64,000 bases of DNA from an uncultured Gemmatimonadales bacterium (lineage in GTDB: Bacteria; Gemmatimonadota; Gemmatimonadetes; Longimicrobiales; RSA9): contig CAVSJO010000008.1 of the NCBI GenBank assembly GCA_963728445.1, forward strand, positions 42,330 through 106,329, read 5' to 3'. This document shows, piece by piece, positions 55,661 to 64,000 of this stretch. Every line of letters starts with the position of its first letter. Position 1 is the stretch's first letter. The notes under the pieces are model-generated. The model worked only from the letters and a program-made list of their open reading frames with translations, was not told the origin of the DNA and made no database searches. The position numbers and the translations under genes were made by a program.

Positions 55661-56370
55661 CGGGGCCGCCGTCCAGACCGCCGTTCCGCCCCCCGTCCGG
55701 CGCGCTGCTGGTGGCGCTGATCCTCGCCGGCGCGGTCCCCGCGTCGGCCCAGACGTCGTCCGTGAGAGCGGCGCGGCTGACCGCGGACCTCACGGCCGGC
55801 GACGGCTCCGCGGAGGTGTCGGTCACCTACGTGGTGTCGGGCCTGCGGCCGGGCGACCGGATCCCTGCCACCGCGCTCGACTTCGGCGGACGGGTGGCGG
55901 ACCTCCGCGTGGGCGGCTCCGGGGCGGCGGTGGCGCTGAGGACCGTCCCCGGCAGCGCGTGGACGACGCCGCTGCCCGTCGAGACCCAGGGCTCGGAGAC
56001 CGTGGCACGCGCCCGCTACCGCGTCGCGGCGGCGGCGACGCAGCGAAACGGCGCGGTGCGCGGCCGCGTCCCGGTGCTGAGCGCCGAGCTGCTTCCGGAA
56101 CGGACCTTCCCGGGCCTCTTCGAGGCCGAGGTCCGCCTGCCGCCGGCGTGGCGGGTGGCGGAGGGGTTCCCCACCGGGCTCGCACCGACCGGAGAACCGG
56201 GAGTGTACCGCGTCTCGCTGCCGGTGGTGCCCTCACTGGTGAGCTTCCGTGCCCGCTCCGACGAGACGTGGCACCCGGGGCTGCCGCTGGTCCTCGACGC
56301 CCTGGCAGTCGCGCTCCTCCTGGCGTTTTCGGCGGTGGGCCTGCGGCACATGCGACGGGCAGCGGGATGA
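55657..56370 (+). CDS. hypothetical secreted protein with C-terminal TM anchor
   Basis: GTG at 55657 overlaps the dipeptidase stop (GTGA). Signal is ALLVALILAGAVPASAQ and the C-terminal TM is LVLDALAVALLLAFSAVGL. I recognise no domain. Confidence 0.5.
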   Translation: MTGPPSRPPFRPPSGALLVALILAGAVPASAQTSSVRAARLTADLTAGDGSAEVSVTYVVSGLRPGDRIPATALDFGGRVADLRVGGSGAAVALRTVPGSAWTTPLPVETQGSETVARARYRVAAAATQRNGAVRGRVPVLSAELLPERTFPGLFEAEVRLPPAWRVAEGFPTGLAPTGEPGVYRVSLPVVPSLVSFRARSDETWHPGLPLVLDALAVALLLAFSAVGLRHMRRAAG

Positions 56371-56465
56371 ACGGCCCCGGTTTCATCTTCTGGGGCCTCT
56401 TCGCAGCGTGCGGCCTCGTCCTCGTGATGTACGTCGCGTGGCTCTGGTGGGTCGAGCGCCGGTGA
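56367..56465 (+). CDS. 32-aa single-TM mini-protein preceding the SSS transporter
   Basis: The sequence is MNGPGFIFWGLFAACGLVLVMYVAWLWWVERR. The ATGA overlap upstream and GTGA overlap downstream place it inside the operon. Small TM partners of SSS transporters are a known pattern. Confidence 0.45.
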   Translation: MNGPGFIFWGLFAACGLVLVMYVAWLWWVERR

Positions 56466-57901
56466 GCGTGCCGGCCGCCGTCTTCATCGCCTACTTCCTG
56501 ATCGTCTTCGCCATCGGGTGGTACAGCCTGCGCCAGACCCGGGACGAGGAGGACTACTGGATCGCCGGAGGCCGGCTCGGCTGGTTCACCGGCGGGTCGA
56601 CGCTCGCCGCCACCCACACCAGCGCCGGGACGTTCGTCGGCACCATCGGCGTGATGTATACCGGCGGGTGGTCCTTCGGCTGGGTGCTCCTGTCCATCCC
56701 GCTGGCGTACTGGTTCGTTGCCGCCGTCCTGGCGCCGCGCTTCACCCGCGTGCGCCGCCTCACGCTGCCGGCGTTCCTGGAGGCCCGCTACTACAGCAAG
56801 GGCGTGCGCGGGCTCGCGGGCGTCATCGTCCTCATCGCGACCGTGGTCTACATCCAGGCGCAGATCGTCGCCGGCGGGCTGGTCGCCAACATCGTCTTCG
56901 GCGTCCCGACGAGCTGGGGCATGATCGGCTTCACGGCGATCCTGCTGGCCTACACGGTGATCGGCGGCATGATCGCCGTGGTCTACACCGACGCCTTCCA
57001 GCTCGTCGTCATGTGCCTGGGCGCCCTTCTGGCGCTGCCGCTCGCGGTGCGCCAGGTGGACGGCTGGTCGTCCCTCCTCACGCTGGTGCAGTCGGCCCAG
57101 CCCACCGTCTTCGAGTGGGGGAGCTTTCCGCCCTCCCTCCTGTTCACCATGGGACTCGCCTTCTTCCTGGGATCCATCGCCACACCCGAGAAGCTGGTTC
57201 GGCTCTATGCCATGCGGGACATGCCGACGATCCGCCGGGGCGTCTTCTTCGCCGTCGCCGTCGTCACCACGCTCAACCTGGTGGTCTTCCTCATCGCGCT
57301 CGCCGCCATCGTGCTGTTTCCCGAGCTGCCCACGGGAGACATGGCCATGCCCATGGTGGCGACGGCGGTGCTCCCTCCCGCGCTGGGGGCCATGATGCTC
57401 GCCGCCATCACCGCGGCGATGATGTCTACCGTCGATTCGCTGCTCATCGTCGCCGGCTCCGCGCTCTCCGTGGACCTGTACCAGAACCTGCTGCGCCCCG
57501 ACGCGCCGCCGAAGCGGCGCATGTGGGTCGACCGCATCGGCATCCTGGTCGTCGGAGTCGTACCGGTGGCGCTTCTCCTGAGCGGGGTGGCGGCGGGGGA
57601 GCTGGTCCAGTTCATCGTCCTGCTCTTCACCGCGCTCATGGCGTCGAGCTTCGCCGTTCCCGTGGTGGGTGGCGTTTTCTGGCGACGCGCGACCCGCGAG
57701 GGCGCCGCCTCGGCGATGGTCGGCGGCGTCGCCACGATCTTCCTGTGGAAGGCGTTCGGCCCCGCGGCCATCGATCCCGTACTGCCCGGCTTCCTGATCT
57801 CGGCGGCGCTCTGGTGGGGCGTCAGCCTCCTTACACCACCGCCGCCGGCCGACGCGCTCACTCCTTATTTCGGGCCCGCCGGACCCGCAGCGGGAACATG
57901 A
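56462..57901 (+). CDS. sodium:solute symporter (SSS) family transporter
   Basis: GTG at 56462. The sequence VPAAVFIAYFLIVFAIGWYSLRQTRDEEDYWIAGGRLGWF is followed by about 13 TM helices typical of SSS. Confidence 0.85.
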   Translation: MSVPAAVFIAYFLIVFAIGWYSLRQTRDEEDYWIAGGRLGWFTGGSTLAATHTSAGTFVGTIGVMYTGGWSFGWVLLSIPLAYWFVAAVLAPRFTRVRRLTLPAFLEARYYSKGVRGLAGVIVLIATVVYIQAQIVAGGLVANIVFGVPTSWGMIGFTAILLAYTVIGGMIAVVYTDAFQLVVMCLGALLALPLAVRQVDGWSSLLTLVQSAQPTVFEWGSFPPSLLFTMGLAFFLGSIATPEKLVRLYAMRDMPTIRRGVFFAVAVVTTLNLVVFLIALAAIVLFPELPTGDMAMPMVATAVLPPALGAMMLAAITAAMMSTVDSLLIVAGSALSVDLYQNLLRPDAPPKRRMWVDRIGILVVGVVPVALLLSGVAAGELVQFIVLLFTALMASSFAVPVVGGVFWRRATREGAASAMVGGVATIFLWKAFGPAAIDPVLPGFLISAALWWGVSLLTPPPPADALTPYFGPAGPAAGT

Positions 57902-57972
57902 TTCGTCTTTCCCCCGGCAACGGGGCGCCGTCCCGGCAAAGGTTGCAGTGGCAGCCCGTGCCCTCCGGGTCC

Positions 57973-59244
57973 CTACGGGCCCAGTAGCGCGGCCGGGATC
58001 ACACCGACTCCGTCCGCGCGGCGATAGGCCGCCGCACCCGTAGTCACGACCACCGCGTCCAGGAGATCGCGGCCCATGCGATCGCGGAGCCACAGGAGGT
58101 GTTTGACGTCATCGTCGGAAACCGTGCGGGCGAGCTTCACCTCCATCGCCAGCGCTCGCCCGTCCGCGCGCTCGATGATCAGGTCCACTTCGTGGCGCCC
58201 GCCCTTGGTCCGCAGGTGCTTGACGTGCGCCTCCGCCGCATGGGCGTAGACCCGCACCGAAAGCGTCACCAGCGACTCGAAAAGGTGACCGAGCAGGGTC
58301 CCGTCGCGAGGGATGATGGCCGCGCCCTCTCCACCCTCGATCAGTGTGTCCACTCCAACCCCGAGCAGGCGGGCGGCCAAGGCCGGATCCGCCAGTTGAT
58401 GCTTCTCCGGCCGGGCCAACCGGGAAAAATAGTTCCGGGACGGCACCCACGCGGGCACAGGGTCCAGGAGCCAGAGGCGCTGGAGCACGTCTCGATAGTG
58501 AATGACCGTCGTGCGCGCCGGTTTCTCGTCTTCCCCGGGAGTCGCGGCATCCCGGATCGACTCCAGGGTCGCGGTGGTCGAGGCGGCGGCCGCGTACGCC
58601 GTCATCCATCGACGCAGCGTATCCGGCCGGCGTACCGTCTGTCCGACCTCCTCGAAGTCGCGATCGACCACTCGCTCGAGGTAGCTATCCAGTTGCGCCC
58701 TTCGAGCGCGATCGGGCAGGGATCGGATGGCGGGAAAACCGGAACCCACGATCTCCTCCGCATAATCGCTCAGACCGATCGAGGTCTCCCCCCTGAGCGG
58801 CGACGCCTCTCCACCCAACAGCTCCCGCAATTGAATGGACGGCGGGCCCAGTCCGCGCTCGATAAGGCTCATCGGACGCAGCCGCAGTCGCACAATTCGA
58901 CCCGCACCCGAATGCGTCGCCGGCGACTCCGGCTCCGCCGAACCAGTGAGCAGAAACCGTCCGGGTACCGGGTCCGCATCCACCGCCCGGCGCACCGCGT
59001 CCCACACCTCCGGCACCCGCTGCCACTCGTCCAGCAGCACTGGTGGATCTCCAGAGACGGCCCTGACCGGATCGGCCCGCGCAAGAGCCGCCTGGGCCGG
59101 ATCATCGAGACGCCGCACGGTCGCCGCCCGCTGAAGCGCCGTCTCGGTCTTCCCGACTGCCTTCGGCCCCTCAATCGTGAGCGCCGGGAGCCCCGTCAGG
59201 AGCTCATCCAGCTCGTCATCGATGACCCTTCGCATGTACGGCAT
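57973..59244 (-). CDS. AAA-type ATP-binding protein with DUF4143 domain
   Basis: Walker A is IEGPKAVGKT. Overall the AAA_14 plus DUF4143 architecture, about 420 aa. Confidence 0.8.
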   Translation of the reverse strand: MPYMRRVIDDELDELLTGLPALTIEGPKAVGKTETALQRAATVRRLDDPAQAALARADPVRAVSGDPPVLLDEWQRVPEVWDAVRRAVDADPVPGRFLLTGSAEPESPATHSGAGRIVRLRLRPMSLIERGLGPPSIQLRELLGGEASPLRGETSIGLSDYAEEIVGSGFPAIRSLPDRARRAQLDSYLERVVDRDFEEVGQTVRRPDTLRRWMTAYAAAASTTATLESIRDAATPGEDEKPARTTVIHYRDVLQRLWLLDPVPAWVPSRNYFSRLARPEKHQLADPALAARLLGVGVDTLIEGGEGAAIIPRDGTLLGHLFESLVTLSVRVYAHAAEAHVKHLRTKGGRHEVDLIIERADGRALAMEVKLARTVSDDDVKHLLWLRDRMGRDLLDAVVVTTGAAAYRRADGVGVIPAALLGP

Positions 59245-59532
59245 GCGCCCCCCCGTTGGTCGAGTCCAGGCTTTCCCAAGCTACATCTGGACCGCCCCCT
59301 ACGCTACGTTTGGACCGATCCTTACACTACAGCCGGTCCATCCACCCGGCGCGGGGGCTGCCGTCTCCGTGGAACCACCAGAACGCTGGATGATGTCGAC
59401 GGCGCCGCCAGAGGTAGCGGTCCGGGAAGGACCCGAGGGCCTGGAACGCCCTGCCTGGAAAGTGGCTTCGTTCCGCGAAATCCTGAGCGCGAACGCCCCC
59501 GGACGTTCCAGCGATCCAGAGGAGACGCAATA

Positions 59533-59560
59533 CGCCCCAGCGGCGTAAGCCACTGGGGCG
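59533..59560 (-). terminator. hairpin downstream of the tRNA pair
   Basis: CGCCCCAG-12 nt-CTGGGGCG, a perfect 8-bp stem 22 nt past the tRNA-Val 3' end. The T tract is weak (TATTG). Confidence 0.4.
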
Positions 59561-59581
59561 CAACAACTTCCGAAATATGCA

Positions 59582-59655
<74 letters not shown>

Positions 59656-59659
59656 TCAG

Positions 59660-59732
59660 TACCCCCACGGGGAATCGAACCCCGGTTTCCTGGCTGAGAA
59701 CCAGATGTCCTGGGCCACTAGACGATGGGGGC
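59660..59732 (-). tRNA. tRNA-Glu (anticodon CTC)
   Basis: The minus strand reads GCCCCCATCGTCTAGTGGCCCAGGACATCTGGTTCTCAGCCAGGAAACCGGGGTTCGATTCCCCGTGGGGGTA. It has a Glu-type D arm, anticodon loop TTCTCAG, and a G1-U72 first pair. Confidence 0.8.
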
Positions 59733-59914
59733 CTCAGCGCTGTACACCCCGGTCGACGTGGAGTCGTTAAATCTACCGAAATGCGGGTCGCGGTCAACCC
59801 CGCTCCGCAGGAGCGGAACCCCGCCGAAGGCGTGCCCCGGCCGCAGGCCGGTGCCCGCGAGCGCAGCGAAGCGTGCCCCGCGCAACGCGCGGTGCCCCGG
59901 GCCGTCAGGCCCGG

Positions 59915-60944
59915 CTAAAGCCGCTCCAGCACCGCCCACGCCAGCATCGGCACCATCAGCTCGTGGTGCCCCGTGATCTGGTACCCGACGCCGCCGCCGG
60001 TGCGGGTCGGCCGCTCCACCACGTTCACCCGGGGTCGGTAGTGCCGGATCATGTCGAAGTCGGCGGCCGTGAACGCCCGGGGCCGCCCTTCGTTCACGTT
60101 GCGGCAGACGGTGAGGGCCTTGAGGAAGACCTCGGGCATGACGACGGCGGAGCCGAGGTTGAGGACGACGCCGTCCTCGAGGCGCTCGAGGGCCGCCGCA
60201 AGCCGCCGGAAGTCGACCATGCTGGTGGCGCCGATGGCCGCGCCGTCGGCCGCGGGATGCTGGTGGATGATCTCGGCCCCGATGGCCGCGTGCACGGTGA
60301 ACGGGACGCCGAGCCGTCGCGCCTGCAGGAGCAGGGAAAGCTCCGGCTCGGCGAGGTCGTCTCGCGCTTCCAGGTCGCGAGCCAGCGACTCCCCCATCCC
60401 CCACCCCTCCGAAGCGCCACGACGGATCGCCTCGTTCATCCCGCGCCCGGTCTCCTCGGACATCCCGAACGACCCGTCGGCCAGCCCCGCCTCCACGTCC
60501 TCGCTCGTGCCGCCCCAGCGGGCCATCTCGTAGTCGTGGATGACGGCTGAGCCGTTGGAGGCGAGGTGCGTGATCGCGCGCCGCCGCATGAGCTCGACGA
60601 GCACGGGTCCCAGGCCCGTCTTCACGACGTGCCCGCCGACCATGCAGACCACCGCCCGATCCGGTGCCGGCAGCGGGCGACGTCGCCGCGCCGGATCGGG
60701 AGGCGGTGCCGTCAGCGGGCGCAGCCGCCGCCTCGTTCGCCCGTGCGGCCGCCGCCACGGCGTCGACCACGGCCAGGAAGCTCCGGGCCTGCAGGATGTC
60801 GGGCAGGGAGTCGAGGAACGCGGCGAACGACCGGTCGTCGCCCGGGGGCCGCGCGAAGTCCTCCGCCCGCACCTTGTTCGGGCGGGCGGCCACAGGCACG
60901 GTGCGGATGCGGGTCGGGTCGACGGCTTCCGGGCTTTCCCTCAC
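59915..60944 (-). pseudogene. deoxyhypusine-synthase-like (DHS-like NAD/FAD-binding fold) protein, frame change between N- and C-terminal parts
   Basis: The N-terminal ~75 aa (GTG 60944; MRESPEAVDPTRIRTVPV...LPDILQARSFLAVVDAVAAAARA) are in one frame. The rest (VVCMVGGHVVKTGLGPVLVELM...NGSAVIHDYEMARWGGTSEDVEAGLADGSFGM) is in another. The family call is from memory and tentative. Confidence 0.45.
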
Positions 60945-60957
60945 GCCGCCTCTCGGG

Positions 60958-61758
60958 TCAGGAGCCGGTGGTGGAGCCCGCGATGTCCGCGGCCTCGGGC
61001 GCCATCGGGCGGGCGCCGGGCATGTAGTCGGTCAGCTTGAGGTTGAGCGAGCCGATGAACGGCACGTCCGACTTGAGCTGGACGAGGATGCGCTGGTCGT
61101 CGTCGGTGAAGTAGACCTCCGCCTTGCCGCCCCTGCCGAACAGCCCGTTCGTCTGGATGATCGGCTTCACCACGATCGTCTCGAACGTGCCGGCCGGAAC
61201 CGACACCGTCTCCCGCCGCAGTACCTGGAGCGTGACGGGGTTGCCGTCCGGCTGAAAGTAGCGGTTCAGCGTGTAGGTCTTGCCGACCTCCAGGGGAAGC
61301 TGACGCGCGAAGTAGAGGAACGAGATGTCGTCCAGGGGCGTCGCGCTGCCGAGATCGCCCGTCTTGCCGCTCGACTCCGCCCACCGCATCTGCGTCGGGT
61401 AGAAGTCGATCGTACGCTCGCGCTTGTACTTGTACTCGTGCTGGTCCTGGTAGAACCGCACGGAGTGGAAGGGCTCCGGGTCCACCCAGGACTCCATCGT
61501 GTCGTCGACCTTCGCGAACAGAAGGCCGCCCTTGATGTCCATGCGCAGCCGGAAGGCCTCGACGCCGCGGACGGTGTCGCGCCCGACCACCCGCAGTGAG
61601 CCCGTCCCCACCTTCCCGAACGGGCTCAGCGTCACGTCGTAGGTCATCACCTCGCCAGGCATCGGCCGGCCCGCACCGGCGTCTGCCGGGGCCGCCTGGG
61701 CGTGGGCGACGCCGGCGCTGGCGACGGCCGCCATCAGCAGGGATCGAACGCTCAACAT
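60958..61758 (-). CDS. DUF3108-family secreted protein
   Basis: Signal peptide MLSVRSLLMAAVASAGVAHAQ, with a DUF3108-like beta-rich body (FYPTQMRW...YFTDDDQRILVQLKSDVPFIGSLNLKL). Confidence 0.7.
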   Translation of the reverse strand: MLSVRSLLMAAVASAGVAHAQAAPADAGAGRPMPGEVMTYDVTLSPFGKVGTGSLRVVGRDTVRGVEAFRLRMDIKGGLLFAKVDDTMESWVDPEPFHSVRFYQDQHEYKYKRERTIDFYPTQMRWAESSGKTGDLGSATPLDDISFLYFARQLPLEVGKTYTLNRYFQPDGNPVTLQVLRRETVSVPAGTFETIVVKPIIQTNGLFGRGGKAEVYFTDDDQRILVQLKSDVPFIGSLNLKLTDYMPGARPMAPEAADIAGSTTGS

Positions 61759-61764
61759 GCCATC

Positions 61765-62964
61765 CTATTCCTTCGAGGATTCGCCGCCGGGCGTCGGGCC
61801 CGCCGCGTCCCCCTGAGATTCCGCTCCGGATCCACCCGATGCATCAGTTCCCCCCGAACCCCCCGAGCCACGGCGGCCACCACGGCGGCGACGGCCGCCG
61901 CGCTTGCGCCGGCGGCGGCCGCTCCCCTGCGTCGAGCCGTCCTCCGAGCCGGAGGCGCGATCGGCAGCGACGCCGGAGCTCCCCGCGGACCCGGACGCGC
62001 CTCCGTCGCCCTGCTTTCCGTCCCCGTTCGGGCCCGACCGGCCGCGGCGCTTCCGGCCGCTGCTCCGGGCCCGGCCCCCGCCGCGGCTGCGCCGCCGATC
62101 GGCCTTCCGGGCCGCCTCCGCATGTTCCTGCCGCGGCAGCGTGATCTTCTCCCCGGCCTCGTAACGCTCGATGAGGGAGCGCGCCTCCATCTCCTCCACG
62201 TCCACGGACCCGTGCGGCGGCGCCGGGCGGGCCTGGGGAGGGTGCCGGAGGAACGCGACGAAGTCCTTCACCGCCGGCCACGGCTCCAGGCGACTCGGCC
62301 GCCGCCGGGCGCCGGTGCCGCCGGGGACCTCGATCTCCTCGATTCGCCGGGCGTGGGGTGCGACCGCGGCCAGCAGCTCGGCGTTCACAGTCCATCCGTC
62401 GCCCCGCAGCAGGGGGTCGCGCCCGTGCTCCTCGAACAGCTTGCGCAGGCAGATCACCCGATAGGCCCGCAGGCCGGTAAGCGGATCGCGCACCTCTTCG
62501 GGCAGGCGGCCGAAGCGACGGGCGAGGAAGACGACGGCGCGGCGCGCCCATCGGGGGCCCCGGCCACCCTCCTCCGCGGACGCGCGTGCCGCACGGGCCG
62601 ACACCAGATCGATCCCTCCCTCGATCCGCTTGACCACCTCCGGGATGCTCTCCGGATCGTCCGTGAAGTCGGCCTGCAGCGTGACGACGCAGTCCCGCTT
62701 CGGATACGGCGCGCGCCGGACGGCCTCGCGGATCAGCCGCTCCGTGGCCCGGGCGTACCCCTGTCGATGGGAATGCCGGATCACCGTCAGCGGCATCACG
62801 CGCAGGTACGGCTCCAGGACCTCCTGCGTCCGATCGGTCGATCCGTCGTCCAGGACGAGGATCTTGTAGTCGCGCTGGAACTCGGCCATGACCTGGCGGA
62901 CCTTCCACAGAAGGACGCCGATGGTCGGGGCCTCGTCGTACGAGGGAATACAGATATAGATCAC
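61765..62964 (-). CDS. family-2 glycosyltransferase with long Arg/Gly/Ser-rich C-terminal tail
   Basis: GTG at 62964 overlaps the upstream stop (GTGA). The GT2 core is VIYICIPSYDEAPTIG...ILVLDDGSTDRT...LQADFTDDP. About 115 aa of RGG/SGG-type low-complexity tail follow. Confidence 0.75.
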   Translation of the reverse strand: MIYICIPSYDEAPTIGVLLWKVRQVMAEFQRDYKILVLDDGSTDRTQEVLEPYLRVMPLTVIRHSHRQGYARATERLIREAVRRAPYPKRDCVVTLQADFTDDPESIPEVVKRIEGGIDLVSARAARASAEEGGRGPRWARRAVVFLARRFGRLPEEVRDPLTGLRAYRVICLRKLFEEHGRDPLLRGDGWTVNAELLAAVAPHARRIEEIEVPGGTGARRRPSRLEPWPAVKDFVAFLRHPPQARPAPPHGSVDVEEMEARSLIERYEAGEKITLPRQEHAEAARKADRRRSRGGGRARSSGRKRRGRSGPNGDGKQGDGGASGSAGSSGVAADRASGSEDGSTQGSGRRRRKRGGRRRRGGRRGSGGSGGTDASGGSGAESQGDAAGPTPGGESSKE

Positions 62965-63914
62965 GGATCGCGTTCCATTTCCATTGGCATTTGAATACCA
63001 GCCGCCGCGCCATTCGGTTCCTCCGGCGGCCGCGACTTCCAGCGCCTGTGGAACCAGAAATACTGCTCGGGCGCGCGTCGTATCTGCTCTTCGAGGAAGG
63101 CCGTGAACTCCGCGGTGACGGCGCGCACTCCCTCGTCGGGATCCGTCGGCACCGCGTCGGCCACGCGCCGCGTCTCGATGCGGTAGCTCCAGTCCCCGAC
63201 GCGGCGGTGCACCATCGCGAAGACCGGCACGCCGGCGCGGGCGGCGAGCAGCGCCGGGCCCCTGTGGGTCGAGGCCAGGTGCCCGAAGAACGGCACGAAC
63301 ACGCCGTGGGAGCCGGCGTTCTGGTCGGCGACGAAGAAGACCGCCCGACCACGCGCAAGCGCGCGAAGGGCTCCGCGGGTGGCGTGCCGCCGGTCGATGA
63401 CCACGGTGCCGAAGCGCTCCCGTCCGCGGTTCATGGCGGCGTCGAAGAGCGGGTTCTTCTGCCGCTGCGCCACGGCGGCGCACGGAATGCCGCGGGCCGC
63501 GATGGCCTGGATGCCGGCCTCCCAGTTCCCGAAGTGCCCCGTCGCGACGACGACGCCGCGGCCGCCGGCCACGGCGGCTCGCAGCGCCTCGAGGTCCTCG
63601 CCGCGGCCGGTGGCGAGCACCTCGTCGCGGGAGAGATCCGGGAAGCGCATCGCGACGAGCATCTCCCGCGTGAAGTGGGCGTACGCCGCGGCGGCCGTCT
63701 CCCGGATCCAGCCGTCCGGCGCGGCGGGGAACGCCCGCCGCAGGTTCGCCCGGACGACGGCCCGCCGAAGCCCCACCGTGCGGCAGAAGCCACGGCCCAG
63801 TGCCTCCGCCGCCCGCAGGTCCCGGGGCGTGCCCAGGGCCATGAGTCCGCCCGCGAGACCGCGAAAGGCGGCGTGCTCGAGCCGGTGCTGCAGCGAAGGC
63901 GCGCCGGCGCTCAT
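62961..63914 (-). CDS. LpxL/HtrB-family lysophospholipid (lipid A late) acyltransferase
   Basis: HX4E-type motif GHFGNWE, with family-typical length and the C-terminal YFWFHRRWK. Confidence 0.8.
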   Translation of the reverse strand: MSAGAPSLQHRLEHAAFRGLAGGLMALGTPRDLRAAEALGRGFCRTVGLRRAVVRANLRRAFPAAPDGWIRETAAAAYAHFTREMLVAMRFPDLSRDEVLATGRGEDLEALRAAVAGGRGVVVATGHFGNWEAGIQAIAARGIPCAAVAQRQKNPLFDAAMNRGRERFGTVVIDRRHATRGALRALARGRAVFFVADQNAGSHGVFVPFFGHLASTHRGPALLAARAGVPVFAMVHRRVGDWSYRIETRRVADAVPTDPDEGVRAVTAEFTAFLEEQIRRAPEQYFWFHRRWKSRPPEEPNGAAAGIQMPMEMERDP

Positions 63915-64000
63915 CCGGCGGCCGACGCCGTGCGACCCGCGAACTGCATCTCGTGCAGGCGCCGGTAGGGCCCGTTCCGCGCGAGGAGCTCGTCGTGCCG
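63911..64000 (-). CDS. C-terminal end of an ABC transporter ATPase (MsbA-like), partial
   Basis: The minus strand translates to ...RHDELLARNGPYRRLHEMQFAGRTASAAG*. This is a typical ABC exporter C-terminus, and its stop overlaps the next ATG (ATGA). Confidence 0.55.
   Translation of the reverse strand, partial: RHDELLARNGPYRRLHEMQFAGRTASAAG

Noticed and set aside
59258-59267. GGTCGAGTCC, which resembles a tRNA T-arm (GGTTCGAGTCC) and could be an att-site remnant next to the tRNA genes.
   Set aside because: It is one base short of the T-loop consensus. It has no flanking acceptor-stem match to tRNA-Val or tRNA-Glu, and no integrase nearby.

Overview
This is a very GC-rich bacterial chromosomal window. 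Genes are tightly packed into operons, and at least 12 junctions use 4-nt ATGA or GTGA stop/start overlaps. The gene content resembles a Gemmatimonadota- or Acidobacteria-like soil bacterium, but that is inference only. From left to right the window holds: infA (partial) and ada; sensor kinases, an amidase and transporters; a cNMP-sensor kinase with a ChaN-like protein and a CPBP protease; a minus-strand block of serine hydrolase, madL, madM and a MatB-like acyl-CoA synthetase, followed by a sigma54-type two-component system and a lipoprotein; a divergent dtpT/pepT peptide-utilisation pair; a DEAD-box helicase; an arsenic island (arsR, ArsP-like permease, thioredoxin-like protein, ACR3, phosphoesterase, arsM, second arsR); an array of paralogous Hanks Ser/Thr kinases; an ECF sigma gene overlapping a kinase gene, followed by three modular lipoprotein genes; an M19 dipeptidase/SSS transporter operon; a DUF4143 ATPase; tRNA-Glu and tRNA-Val; and an envelope cluster (MsbA-like, LpxL-like, GT2, DUF3108). 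The best candidate for something new is 44.8-54.3 kb. There, a PF07638-type ECF sigma gene overlaps a membrane Ser/Thr kinase gene, and three lipoprotein genes follow. All three lipoprotein genes carry the same promoter-like motif, TGGCC-N17-GCGT(A)...GGGGAG, at identical spacing. Two of them also share a leader hairpin and a C-terminal domain around different eukaryote-like repeat cores (mini-RCC1, PKD, TSP3, ephrin-receptor-like). Caveat: at least five otherwise recognisable genes have broken reading frames, so either the assembly has indel errors or there is real pseudogenisation. I cannot tell which from sequence alone. Many long ORFs in the track are wrong-frame or antisense artefacts of the high GC content and were not called.
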